DNA of 64,000 nucleotides from Klebsiella phage fENko-Kae01, in the sequence record OR228459.1. One strand, written 5' to 3'. Below, piece after piece: positions 1 through 9,592 of the stretch. The translations under genes were made by a program, and so were the position numbers. The notes below the pieces were generated by a model that had not been told where the DNA came from, did not search any database, and worked only from the letters and a program-made list of their open reading frames with translations. Position 1 is the first letter of the stretch; each line of letters opens with the position of its first letter.

Positions 1-93
1 GTTACTCCAGATGAACTACAATCTGGTTTTACTGAGACATTTGATGCCAAATACTTAGAAGTAGTTTTAGAAATTGTAAATAATTTCAAATAG
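1..93 (+). CDS. 3' end of an upstream ORF (partial, hypothetical)
   Basis: Open frame 1 from the window edge to TAG at 91-93. Confidence 0.3.
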   Translation, partial: VTPDELQSGFTETFDAKYLEVVLEIVNNFK

Positions 94-119
94 CCCCTAT
101 AAAGAGGATAAAAAAGAAT

Positions 120-524
120 ATGAGAGTCAAGGATGACATGATAGTAACGGTATACAAGTTCCCGAATCAGGGATTCTACCCTAATATTGATGGTGGATTT
201 GACATGTATATAGATATGTACACAGAAGTTGCTTTTTGTGAGGCATTACAGCAGTTGTACGTTAGTATAGAAGCGGTAAAGTACTTAAAATCTCAATACG
301 TAGCTGATATTCTCAAAGTTGAGAGTGAAGAAATGCTTTACAAGGATTACGTACAGATGTATAAAGACAAGTTGAATGCGAAGTTCCCGGATGCACCAGT
401 ACTAGCTACAATAGAGTTAGATGCTGTTGGTAGGCCGAAGCAGGAGCTACCGGATCATTTAAAGCCCACTGATAATTTCGCAAAATTGCGAACAGCGGGG
501 TTAAATTTCACAATTCAGAGATAA
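120..524 (+). CDS. hypothetical protein
   Basis: 134-aa ORF in the co-directional gene array; no recognisable motif. Confidence 0.5.
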   Translation: MRVKDDMIVTVYKFPNQGFYPNIDGGFDMYIDMYTEVAFCEALQQLYVSIEAVKYLKSQYVADILKVESEEMLYKDYVQMYKDKLNAKFPDAPVLATIELDAVGRPKQELPDHLKPTDNFAKLRTAGLNFTIQR

Positions 525-552
525 TAAATACTTCCAATGATACGGAGGTAAT

Positions 553-861
553 ATGTCTCAAATTTGTTATGTAATCACGAATCCTGCATGGCCTGAATGG
601 GTAAAAATTGGATTCACATCTAAATCGGAAATGAAAACACGTTTAAGTACTTATCAAACTGGAACACCTTTCCGGGATTTTGAAGTATATCATGAAGTAC
701 ACTTTGATGATGCTAAAGAAGCGGAGAAAGAGGTACATAAGCGTTTAAAGCAAATGAACGCTACAAGGAGTCCCGGTACGGAATGGTTTAAGATGCCGAA
801 GAAATTAGCTGCTAACATGATAGATGGAGTAGCAGACGACTTAGAGAATGGACTTCTATAA
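553..861 (+). CDS. T5orf172/MUG113-like (GIY-YIG-related) domain protein
   Basis: YVITNP..WVKIGFTS..RLSTYQTGTP..FEV fits the T5orf172 domain signature. RBS GGAGG lies 6 nt upstream. Confidence 0.5.
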   Translation: MSQICYVITNPAWPEWVKIGFTSKSEMKTRLSTYQTGTPFRDFEVYHEVHFDDAKEAEKEVHKRLKQMNATRSPGTEWFKMPKKLAANMIDGVADDLENGLL

Positions 862-867
862 TAAATA
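857..867 (+). promoter_or_regulatory. T4-late-like TATAA(T)AAATA motif upstream of the tail-fibre gene
   Basis: tataataaata about 35 nt upstream of the ATG at 901. Weak call. Confidence 0.2.
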
Positions 868-900
868 TCATTATAGTAATAAACATAAAAGGATTTATAA

Positions 901-2496
901 ATGAGTATTAGTTTTAATCATCCTAAGAATACGGTGACTAGTACTGGATCATTGAATTTAATTGTAAGTACTGGTAATCCTACATCACCACAGCCAATTA
1001 GATTAAATGCCACATCAGTAATTATGCCAGTACGTGCATTACCATCGGGTGAAGCAGGTGCAATGGTATTTGACACTGGTACTAAAACCATGAAGTATCA
1101 TAACGGTTTGAGTTGGGTTGAAATGTTAGGTCAAGACACTATTTTACAACCAATTTATACTGAAATAAACAATATTAATCAAAAGTTAGGCACTAAAGTA
1201 GATAGTGTAACATATAATTCTGGTTCTGTTCCACAGGCATCTATTAGTGGCACACAGTTAAGTATCACATTCCCTATTTCTAGTGGTGGTAGTACTGGCA
1301 ATAATGGTTTGTTCACTTCATCTAAACAAGGCAGTATTCAAATGTACGCATTGTCTGATGGTATGACTGCTGCTACTATACGTGAACAGATGAGTGGTAA
1401 GAGTGGTGGACAAAATGGAAGAAACGGTTCACAAAGTTCACCATTCATTTCTAATGATGGTTGGTGTTTTGCTGATGGAATGTGGTGGACATGGGAAGGT
1501 GAAAGTGGTACAATAACTCAACGAGTACCAAACTTGAATCAACAAGCATACCTTAAACCAATGTCAGTTAGTGGTGCGATCCAAATTGGTTCTGTTATTG
1601 CATCATCTGCTGCAATCGGTGGCACTTCGTTAACAATCGCACAGTTACCACCTCACAGCTTTAATGTTAGTGGACAAACTGATGCTGCTGGAGATCACGT
1701 TCATACTTTCCCACTATCAAACCAAAGATCAGGTACTGGTTGGGCTGATGGTGCGACACCAAACCGATATGATGGTGATGGTAGAACTAATAGTGGTGGG
1801 ATTCACATACATACATTCAACGGAACTACTAATACTTTGGGTTCTGGTCAGCCTCATAGTCACTCCATTAGTAACTTGGATGTAAACCACTTTAATGTAG
1901 CAGTAATTTATAATATTGCAACTCCTAGTTTTGCATTGAATGAATCTGCCGCTAATGGAAAATATGTACTAAAAACTGGTGATACTATGACTGGTTCACT
2001 AACAATTGCAACGGCTGCAACAATAAAAGGTGACGATTCGAACCTTACAATGTCATGGCGTAATAATTCTAATGCTGAACGTGCAATGATTTATCATAGT
2101 TCGACAAACAATACCCTACGATTCCGTACTAACGGGGGTACTGAAATGACATTGACACAAGCTGGTGCAATGACCACTGCAAGCGTAACTGCAAATTCAC
2201 TAAACGTCACTGCCAACAGTGCTGTTGTTGCTGGACGAAATATTGTTCGTTCTGTAAACGGAACAAATGCTGATGGTAATGGTAATGTTAATTTACCTAC
2301 AGGTGACAACATTACTGATATGAAGTTAGGTCGAAGAGAGATACAGGGTGTAGCTGAAAATATACAAAAGCCCGGCTATGTTATGATTGGGTGGCAACAT
2401 GGTAACAAAAAAGAACTTCGCGGTGGTGCATATTGGGCCGCCCCCCTATCTTTCTATAGAAACGGTCAATGGGTTCTTATTCCAAATGAATATTAA
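901..2496 (+). CDS. tail fibre protein with HxH phage-fibre repeats
   Basis: Ser/Thr/Gly/Asn-rich. Three HxH repeats: GDHVHTF, GGIHIHTF, GQPHSHSI. The C-terminal half is beta-rich. Confidence 0.65.
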   Translation: MSISFNHPKNTVTSTGSLNLIVSTGNPTSPQPIRLNATSVIMPVRALPSGEAGAMVFDTGTKTMKYHNGLSWVEMLGQDTILQPIYTEINNINQKLGTKVDSVTYNSGSVPQASISGTQLSITFPISSGGSTGNNGLFTSSKQGSIQMYALSDGMTAATIREQMSGKSGGQNGRNGSQSSPFISNDGWCFADGMWWTWEGESGTITQRVPNLNQQAYLKPMSVSGAIQIGSVIASSAAIGGTSLTIAQLPPHSFNVSGQTDAAGDHVHTFPLSNQRSGTGWADGATPNRYDGDGRTNSGGIHIHTFNGTTNTLGSGQPHSHSISNLDVNHFNVAVIYNIATPSFALNESAANGKYVLKTGDTMTGSLTIATAATIKGDDSNLTMSWRNNSNAERAMIYHSSTNNTLRFRTNGGTEMTLTQAGAMTTASVTANSLNVTANSAVVAGRNIVRSVNGTNADGNGNVNLPTGDNITDMKLGRREIQGVAENIQKPGYVMIGWQHGNKKELRGGAYWAAPLSFYRNGQWVLIPNEY

Positions 2497-2512
2497 ATAA
2501 GGAATATAAAAT

Positions 2513-3055
2513 ATGAAAATTTATAAAGATTGGAAAGTATATAAACCTTTAATTACTGAGCAAAATAAAAGTAATGTAGAAGCCGGGGTTATGTTTTTGT
2601 GTGATTCCGATGGTATTGACTGGTATGAATTGAGTAAAGAACTTGAACAACCACAACATCAAAATAATTATTTTATTTTAGTAGATGTTAAAACTAATAT
2701 GGTTAAATCATATTCTAAAGGATTCAAACCTTGGTATTTTGCTCCAATTTCTGCTCATTTTTGTATAACTGATAGTGCACCTGTTGATTTTGAAGAAAAT
2801 TACATACATTATCGTTTAGATAAAAATAAATTTGTTCCAGATAATTCATTAAAGATTGATAGTCTTAAATATTACATTGATGAAGAACTAATGTGGGCTT
2901 CGTCGCAAATTAGTTCACTTCAAGATATTGAAGAGTTTGGAACACCAACCAAAGAAGAACAAGAACGTTTGCTTGCATTGCGTAAGTACCGCTTTACATT
3001 AACTCGTGTAGTACCGGAAGATAACCCAGATATTGACCTTCCAGATCGTCCTTAA
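2513..3055 (+). CDS. hypothetical protein
   Basis: 180-aa ORF with AAGGA-type RBS context. Confidence 0.5.
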   Translation: MKIYKDWKVYKPLITEQNKSNVEAGVMFLCDSDGIDWYELSKELEQPQHQNNYFILVDVKTNMVKSYSKGFKPWYFAPISAHFCITDSAPVDFEENYIHYRLDKNKFVPDNSLKIDSLKYYIDEELMWASSQISSLQDIEEFGTPTKEEQERLLALRKYRFTLTRVVPEDNPDIDLPDRP

Positions 3056-3063
3056 AAAAAATC

Positions 3064-3094
3064 TTGGGACAAAAAAAGGATCATGTGATATAAT
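3064..3094 (+). promoter_or_regulatory. promoter, TTGGGACA-N12-TGTGATATAAT family (copy 1)
   Basis: ttgggaca at 3064-3071 and extended -10 tgtgatataat at 3084-3094. Confidence 0.6.
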
Positions 3095-3097
3095 AGA

Positions 3098-3134
3098 AGC
3101 ACGATGAGCAATGACGCTCACGTGCTTTTTTTTA
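3098..3134 (+). terminator. intrinsic terminator hairpin overlapping the promoter start site
   Basis: agcacg-a-tgagc [aatgac] gctca-cgtgct followed by T8. Confidence 0.6.
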
Positions 3135-3151
3135 TAAATGGAGAAAACAAC

Positions 3152-3448
3152 ATGGCTAAGAAAACTGAAAACAAAGTAGAAATCAAAGACCTAAACGACG
3201 AACAACGTAAGCGTCTTGGTGCTGGCCTAAACAATGCTGTAGTCCAACTAACCTATATGGAAGATACTAAAGCTGCTTATTCTGATTTCATCGATTCACT
3301 AGCTGATGAACTTGGTCTAGATGCATCAACCATCAAACAAGCGGCAACCCGTATGCATAAAGGTGATTTCTTCGATAAAGTCCGTAAACAAGATGAAATC
3401 GAAACTATCCTTCAAATTACTGGTAACCTACCAGAAGATGACGAGTAA
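3152..3448 (+). CDS. small dsDNA-binding protein, T4 DsbA-like (tentative)
   Basis: 98 aa from MAKK with GGAG 9 nt upstream. Basic/acidic helical protein about the size of T4 dsbA. The 3104 start in the ORF track lies inside the terminator hairpin. Confidence 0.4.
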   Translation: MAKKTENKVEIKDLNDEQRKRLGAGLNNAVVQLTYMEDTKAAYSDFIDSLADELGLDASTIKQAATRMHKGDFFDKVRKQDEIETILQITGNLPEDDE

Positions 3449-3458
3449 TATGTCATAT

Positions 3459-3484
3459 AGCCTCCTAGTATGGAGGCTTTTTAA
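3459..3484 (+). terminator. intrinsic terminator
   Basis: agcctcc-tagtatg-ggaggct followed by TTTTT. Confidence 0.7.
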
Positions 3485-3513
3485 TTGAAGTATGTTTATT
3501 ATAAGGAAATAAG

Positions 3514-6500
3514 ATGTATATAGATGGATTTATGGAACGTAAACGAACTGGTGATATTCTACATGTAGCAGAACGTATTAACGGTCGTCGTGTACTTCGT
3601 CAACTAGACCCTGTATATGAATACTATGTTGAATCACCAACGGGAACATTTAAAACCATTCACGGTACAATGGCTGAGAAATTAACCTTTGCTAACCAAC
3701 GTGATATGCGTAGTTCCCTTGAACTACATCAAGGTCGTCGAACCTACGAATCTGACTGTAACGTTACCTTTAAAACTCTTGCACAAGAGTACATGGGTAA
3801 AGGTTCACCAGATTTGAATATGGTATTCTTCGATATTGAAACCGACTTCCATAAGAAGCTCGGATATGCACCACCAAGTAACCCATTTAACCGTGTTACT
3901 GCAATTTCCCTTTATCAGAACTGGACAGGTAAAGATTATGTACTAACCTTACCACCTGATGATATGGAATTAGTTGAAGCACAGGATATCGTTAACCGAT
4001 TGAATGAAGAAACTAATGATCCTAACAGTGTAGTACTTCTTTACACTGAAGAAACAGAAATGTTCAATGACTTCTTTGATTTGATTGATGATGCTGATGT
4101 ACTTTCTGGCTGGAATAGTGAGTTCTTCGATATTCCATACATGGTTAACCGTACTGCAAAAATCTTCAATGCTGCAACTACGGCTCGTTGGTGTTTGTGG
4201 AATAAAAAACCTGTATCTCGTGAAGCAGATATGTTTGGTAAAACAATTGTCACTTATGACTTAATCGGTCGTGTTCACCTAGATTATCTAGCGTTGTATA
4301 AGAAACACGCAGGTCAAGTCGAACAATCGTACAAACTAGACTTCATCGCAGAGAAAGTTACAAAAGAAAATAAAGTAGCGTATGAAGGTTCTCTTGACAA
4401 ATTGTACAGAGAGGATTATATTACATTCCTACGTTATTCCAAACAGGATAGCATTCTTCTTAAAAAGATTGATGAGAAGTTAGACTACATCAACCTACAC
4501 AACCGACTAGCACACAAAGAATGTGTACTAATCAGTACTACAATGGGTTCTGTAGCACTAATTGACACAGCAATCATAAACCTTGCACACTCAAGAGGTG
4601 AAGTGGTATTTGATAAGAAGCCACAAGAAGATGATGTTACTGAACAAGATGATCGTTATGATTACCTCATTGAAGATGAGGATGATGGTTCAGATAATGA
4701 ACCAGTATCGGCAAAAGCTGCTGGTGCATGGGTACAAGATCCAGTACTAGGACTTGTAGACTACTTAGGATGTACTGACTTTAACTCACTATATCCAACA
4801 GTACTACGTACATTAGGCATGAGTACTGAATGTATTCTTGGACAAATTCGCCAAGATTATACAGATGCACATCTTGCAAAACGTGTAGAAGAACAACGTA
4901 TGCGTTCTAAGTCTAAGAAGTTCGAACCTAACTGGACAGAAGCATGGCACGGTCTATTTGCAAGTGTTGAATTCACGATGGTTCGTGAGCGTTCAGAGCA
5001 AACACTAATTGTTGATTTGGAAGATGGCACTAGTTTCAACGTGACAGGTGCAGAGCTTCATGATATCATTTATGCTGAAGACAGTACTATTGTACTTTCT
5101 GCTAATGGTACGTTGTTCGATAAAACTAAATCTGGGGTCATTCCAGAGATTCTAACTCAATGGTATTCTGAGCGTAAGTCTCAACAGAAGATGGTAATCG
5201 ACTTCAAACACATTTATACTGATGGTTGGGAAATGCCAGAGGACGCTATCGATAAGATAGAGGCTGCTATGGCTCGCTACAAGCGTTCTGAGACGATGTA
5301 TAGAACGAACCTACACGAAGACGATCCAGTTTATTTGATTCGTCAGGCGTTGGTACAGAGCGATTATGAGCAGGTTGGAAAGCTAATCACAGAGAATGGT
5401 CTTCTACTAGAAGATGGTCGTATCAAATGTACTAAAGAAGAGAAAAAATATTGTAAAACGCAATCTGCGTTCTGGAAGCAGAACCAACAGATTCGTAAGA
5501 TTCTTCTCAACTCTCTTTATGGTGCATTGCTCAACAAAGGTTCTAGATTCTTTGATAAACGTTTAGGTCAATCTGTAACCTTAACTGGTCGTAGTATGAC
5601 TAAACATATGGCATCCCGTATCAACGAAATTTGTACTGGTGAATACAATCACCAAGGCGGCGTTGTAATTTACGGCGACACCGACTCCGTTTACTTTAGT
5701 GTAGCTCACTACATGAAAGAACAGGGTCTACCATTTGATTTAACAAAAGAAGAAGTTGTTGATCTATATGTGAAAATTGGTGATGAAGTTGGTGCATCTT
5801 TCCCTTCCTTTATGGATGAATATTTCAATACTGGTATCGAGAAAGGTAAAATCGTAGGTGCAGATTTGGAAATGGTAGGCTCTCGTGGTCTATTCTTGAA
5901 GAAAAAGCGTTATGCGATCCTCAAATATTGGGAAGATGGATTCCGTAAAGACGAAGATGGATCACCGGGCGAAATCAAGGCTATGGGATTAGAAATCAAA
6001 CGTTCTGATACACCAAAGTATATCCAAGATTTCCTACAAGAAACTCTTATCGCATTGCTAGTTGGCGAAGGAGAAGAAGAACTACGTAATAGAGTTCGTG
6101 CATTCAAAACTATTTTCCGTGATAAGCCTATTCAGCAGAAAGGGCAACCACGTACAGTTAAAAACTATTCGAATCTAGAAGAAGAATATAAGAAAACTGG
6201 TAAATTATCAGTATCGCATGTTCTAGCTGCGATTCAATGGAACAAACTACGTGATATATATGAAGATCAATCAGTTCCAGAAGCAACTGACGGTACTAAA
6301 GTTATCGTTTGTAAGTTAAAGCCAAACCCAATGGGAATAAAAGCTGTCGGCTACCCAATTGATTGTGCTGAATACTTACCAGAATGGTTCTTGGAGCTAC
6401 CTTTTGATGAAGATGAGATGGAAAAAGCCGTTTTGACTAAGAAACTAGGTAATATTTTCGGTATTCTAAACATGGATATCGCAATCAACGAGAAGAGTAC

Positions 6501-6534
6501 ACTAGTAATGGATAGTGGATTCTTCGAATGGTAA
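3514..6534 (+). CDS. DNA polymerase, family B (T4 gp43-like)
   Basis: Exo I FFDIETD, motif A DFNSLYPT, KILLNSLYG, motif C YGDTDS. 1006 aa. Confidence 0.95.
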   Translation: MYIDGFMERKRTGDILHVAERINGRRVLRQLDPVYEYYVESPTGTFKTIHGTMAEKLTFANQRDMRSSLELHQGRRTYESDCNVTFKTLAQEYMGKGSPDLNMVFFDIETDFHKKLGYAPPSNPFNRVTAISLYQNWTGKDYVLTLPPDDMELVEAQDIVNRLNEETNDPNSVVLLYTEETEMFNDFFDLIDDADVLSGWNSEFFDIPYMVNRTAKIFNAATTARWCLWNKKPVSREADMFGKTIVTYDLIGRVHLDYLALYKKHAGQVEQSYKLDFIAEKVTKENKVAYEGSLDKLYREDYITFLRYSKQDSILLKKIDEKLDYINLHNRLAHKECVLISTTMGSVALIDTAIINLAHSRGEVVFDKKPQEDDVTEQDDRYDYLIEDEDDGSDNEPVSAKAAGAWVQDPVLGLVDYLGCTDFNSLYPTVLRTLGMSTECILGQIRQDYTDAHLAKRVEEQRMRSKSKKFEPNWTEAWHGLFASVEFTMVRERSEQTLIVDLEDGTSFNVTGAELHDIIYAEDSTIVLSANGTLFDKTKSGVIPEILTQWYSERKSQQKMVIDFKHIYTDGWEMPEDAIDKIEAAMARYKRSETMYRTNLHEDDPVYLIRQALVQSDYEQVGKLITENGLLLEDGRIKCTKEEKKYCKTQSAFWKQNQQIRKILLNSLYGALLNKGSRFFDKRLGQSVTLTGRSMTKHMASRINEICTGEYNHQGGVVIYGDTDSVYFSVAHYMKEQGLPFDLTKEEVVDLYVKIGDEVGASFPSFMDEYFNTGIEKGKIVGADLEMVGSRGLFLKKKRYAILKYWEDGFRKDEDGSPGEIKAMGLEIKRSDTPKYIQDFLQETLIALLVGEGEEELRNRVRAFKTIFRDKPIQQKGQPRTVKNYSNLEEEYKKTGKLSVSHVLAAIQWNKLRDIYEDQSVPEATDGTKVIVCKLKPNPMGIKAVGYPIDCAEYLPEWFLELPFDEDEMEKAVLTKKLGNIFGILNMDIAINEKSTLVMDSGFFEW

Positions 6535-7118
6535 TAGGAACAATAATGTCAGGAATTTTTCAACGCATTGGGGAGGCAATTGCCTCCCAAGGTAAAATCA
6601 CACTAGTTGCAGCACTAAATGATGAAGAAGCAAACATTCTCATGGGTGCTGGGTTCAAAAAAGCTGGTACAATGGATCTAAATGGTTCTTTAGTTGACCT
6701 TTACGAAGTAAAAGTACAACAAATAATCAACACTACTCAACCATATCAAATTGCACGTGATATTTTTGATAAGCCTCGGAAATATGAACAACAATGGCCT
6801 GAAAACTATCGCATGTACTCTATCGGCACTGGTACTGGTCAAGCTGCTCATTTAAATTTCAAAGGAAACACCACTTCTTTGATGGATGCTGCATATGATC
6901 CACTAAGTATTTTAGAAGATTATTTCTTCCCAAGAAAAGAGGAAGAAACTCATAGAGAATTCAAAATTGAAGTTGATGATATGGATGAAGAATCCAAAAA
7001 TGATTTCATTCAAAAAGTTAAAGATGAATTCCATAAATCAGGTCGCACATATTGCGATGATAGCTGGACTTCTTATAATGTAAATTACAGTGGCAACACT
7101 GACCACCGTAACTGGTAA
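6528..7118 (+). CDS. hypothetical protein
   Basis: 196-aa ORF overlapping the polymerase stop. Alternative start at 6546 with AGGA RBS. Confidence 0.5.
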   Translation: MVIGTIMSGIFQRIGEAIASQGKITLVAALNDEEANILMGAGFKKAGTMDLNGSLVDLYEVKVQQIINTTQPYQIARDIFDKPRKYEQQWPENYRMYSIGTGTGQAAHLNFKGNTTSLMDAAYDPLSILEDYFFPRKEEETHREFKIEVDDMDEESKNDFIQKVKDEFHKSGRTYCDDSWTSYNVNYSGNTDHRNW

Positions 7119-7134
7119 TAAAAATAAAAAAAAG

Positions 7135-7165
7135 TTGGGACGTACCGAGATTTATGTGATATAAT
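7135..7165 (+). promoter_or_regulatory. promoter, TTGGGAC...TGTGATATAAT family (copy 2)
   Basis: ttgggac at 7135-7141 and tgtgatataat at 7155-7165. Confidence 0.6.
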
Positions 7166-7176
7166 AGGTACGTCAC

Positions 7177-7205
7177 AACGTTAAAAATAAGAAACGTTAA
7201 CAAAA
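7177..7205 (+). promoter_or_regulatory. 5' leader direct repeat AACGTTAA...AACGTTAACAAA
   Basis: aacgttaa at 7177-7184 and again at 7193-7200 in the leader of the clamp gene. The same 12-mer AACGTTAACAAA occurs in the gp32 leader at 18000. Confidence 0.35.
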
Positions 7206-7224
7206 TGGAATTGGAGATTTAAAA

Positions 7225-7956
7225 ATGGATTTACGCAACGTTCTACGCGACCTAGTTAGCACTACTACTGGTATGGATTTCTCTTGTATCGCAGTTTCAC
7301 GAGAAGACCGTGGAGAAGGTAATCGTGTTTACATGGAAGCATATACAGATGATAAGACTCTAATCATGAGAGCCGAAACTAAAGAAGACGTACCAGAAGT
7401 TGAAGGTCGTTTTGGTCTAGGTAACCTCGGAATGCTTCAAGGTCTTATGAATCTAAAAACCTACAACTCCGAATCTGCTAAGATCGCAGTCAATGCAGCA
7501 AACGGTGTTGTTAAAAGTCTAGCATTTACATCTGATGATGCAAGTACTAACTTTATTGTTCAATCGGAAAAATTTATTCCTAACCAACCACGCTTTACTC
7601 CACAACCATATGATGTACAGGTTACACCTAGTGCTGCAAAGGTTGGCGAACTAAAGTCTTTCTCTAGTGTATTCAAATCTTTTTCTGCTTTAGTTACTCC
7701 TTATACTGAAGGTGATACACTATACTTCCACGTTGGTGAGAAGAATAAATCAAACCACTCCGGTGCATTAGCTTTCACCAAAACTGATGGTGAACTAAAA
7801 CTAGGATATGGTTATGCGATTGATCGTCTTCTTCAAGCACTAAATCGTGTGTCTAATGCTGAAGAAATTACCCTTGGTATTACAAAAACTGGTATGCTAA
7901 ACGTTACTGTTGACACTGGCATTACTGTGTTTAAATTCTTCATCCAAGGTAACTAA
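7225..7956 (+). CDS. sliding clamp (T4 gp45-like), tentative
   Basis: 243 aa, GGAG RBS, directly downstream of the polymerase. Size and a GNLGMLQGLMNL segment resemble gp45. Confidence 0.5.
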   Translation: MDLRNVLRDLVSTTTGMDFSCIAVSREDRGEGNRVYMEAYTDDKTLIMRAETKEDVPEVEGRFGLGNLGMLQGLMNLKTYNSESAKIAVNAANGVVKSLAFTSDDASTNFIVQSEKFIPNQPRFTPQPYDVQVTPSAAKVGELKSFSSVFKSFSALVTPYTEGDTLYFHVGEKNKSNHSGALAFTKTDGELKLGYGYAIDRLLQALNRVSNAEEITLGITKTGMLNVTVDTGITVFKFFIQGN

Positions 7957-8004
7957 TAAATCAAGGGGAACATAGTTCCCCTATTTTCGATGGAGATGTA
8001 ACAA

Positions 8005-9582
8005 ATGAGTACTCCACGCTTTATTGCTGATACCCACTTGGGTCACCGCAATATCTATAAGTATAGAAAAGTATTCGATAGTACTAAACATAATGACTTG
8101 TACTTTATTCGTATCCTGCAAGAAACTTGCAAGAAAAGAGATACTATGTTTTTCTTGGGTGATATTTGTTTTGACAAACAATATCTAGAAATTATAAAAG
8201 AACTTCCGGGACAAAAAATTCTTATTCCGGGAAATCACTGTATTTCACCCGATACTGAAGTATTAACACAAAACGGCTGGAAAGTAGCAGAAACTATCAC
8301 GTTTAGCGATATTATTGCTAGCACCAACTTACAAACAAACATTGTTTCATATGATTCACCAATCAATGTTGCTAGACATGAAAACATGAAAATGGTGAAA
8401 GTTTCAGGAAGTTATATTGATGAATTTGTTTCTAATACACATAATATGGTATATGAAAATACACTAACGTCTGTGTCATCATTATACGGTAAACATGATA
8501 GTAATAGTTTCAAATATTCATGTATGAATTCAAATACTGGAATTAATGAGAGTGATGATTGGATTTATTTGTTACAGTTTGTAATTGCAGATGGATGTTT
8601 GGTTAAGGGTGAAACCCCCAACAAAAAGAGAATTCAATTCAAATTGGCAAAACCTAAAAAAATTGAAAAGTTAAAATCAATTTTAGAAAAATTATCCATA
8701 TCATATACTATTCAAGAATGTAAAAAATCCAAATCAAACATTCTAACGCCATACTATATTAGAATTTATGGTGATGATGCAAGAACTATATGGGATAAAT
8801 TATCGGGTATAAAAACTCCACCTGACGAATGGAAATTTATGAACAAGTCACAAATGACGGTTTGGATAAATGCAATACATGATTCTGATGGTTATAAAGA
8901 AATTAATAATAGTTATTTAACAACTATAGATAAAAATTTTGTAAATATATTCCAACATGCTTGTGTGACGAATAATATAGCTTGTAAATATAGTGAATTA
9001 GTACCAACGAGTGGGTTTCGCAATGGTAAATTACAATATAAAATTGTATTCAAAACCATTGATGAGTATGTAAATAGTACAAAACGTGTTTACATAGATA
9101 TTACCGATATCATGTCAGATGTGGTTTCTATTCAAACCATCAATGGAACATTGATTACTCGCCGCAACGGAAAGGTTTCAATAACTGGTAATTGTACTGA
9201 ATATATTCCAATGAAAGAACTAGTAGATGTTTATGATGAAGTACATGCACTACTAAAATATAAAGAATTCTGGCTTTCTCATGCACCAATTGCTGATGTT
9301 GAATTACGTGGTAAAAGAAATATTCATGGACATGTTCATGCACAGTCTGTTCCTGATATTAAATATCTAAACACTTCTGTTGATAGTGAATTTATGAGAT
9401 TTCTACCTAGAACACTTCATGAAGTTCGTCAAGCATTTGAAACAATGGAACAACTCGGTTCACATTATGGTGGATTAGAAGACCGCGATGATGCATTAGA
9501 AGTTATCATGTCAAATCCTATTTCAAAAGCGGCTTACGTGTGGTCTAAGAAAGAAGCAGAAAAGATTATGGTTTTTCAATAA
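8005..9582 (+). CDS. calcineurin-like metallophosphoesterase interrupted by an intein
   Basis: N-extein has IADTHLGH, FLGDICFD, IPGNH. C-extein has LSHAPI and GHVHAQ. A 318-aa insertion separates them. Confidence 0.7.
   Translation: MSTPRFIADTHLGHRNIYKYRKVFDSTKHNDLYFIRILQETCKKRDTMFFLGDICFDKQYLEIIKELPGQKILIPGNHCISPDTEVLTQNGWKVAETITFSDIIASTNLQTNIVSYDSPINVARHENMKMVKVSGSYIDEFVSNTHNMVYENTLTSVSSLYGKHDSNSFKYSCMNSNTGINESDDWIYLLQFVIADGCLVKGETPNKKRIQFKLAKPKKIEKLKSILEKLSISYTIQECKKSKSNILTPYYIRIYGDDARTIWDKLSGIKTPPDEWKFMNKSQMTVWINAIHDSDGYKEINNSYLTTIDKNFVNIFQHACVTNNIACKYSELVPTSGFRNGKLQYKIVFKTIDEYVNSTKRVYIDITDIMSDVVSIQTINGTLITRRNGKVSITGNCTEYIPMKELVDVYDEVHALLKYKEFWLSHAPIADVELRGKRNIHGHVHAQSVPDIKYLNTSVDSEFMRFLPRTLHEVRQAFETMEQLGSHYGGLEDRDDALEVIMSNPISKAAYVWSKKEAEKIMVFQ
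8239..9192 (+). mobile_element. intein with LAGLIDADG homing endonuclease domain (Cys1 ... GN/Cys+1)
   Basis: Begins CISPDTEVLT (block A). LAGLIDADG-like LLQFVIADGCL and WINAIHDSDGYK. Ends VSITGN with C+1. Confidence 0.65.
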
Positions 9583-9592
9583 GGATATTAAA

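Noticed and set aside
3514-6534. A possible intein or intron in the DNA polymerase (1006 aa versus about 900 aa for T4 gp43)
   Set aside because: The extra length is an acidic low-complexity insertion (EDDVTEQDDRYDYLIEDEDDGSDNEP). There are no Hint blocks and no LAGLIDADG or HNH motifs. The ORF is continuous through all polymerase motifs.
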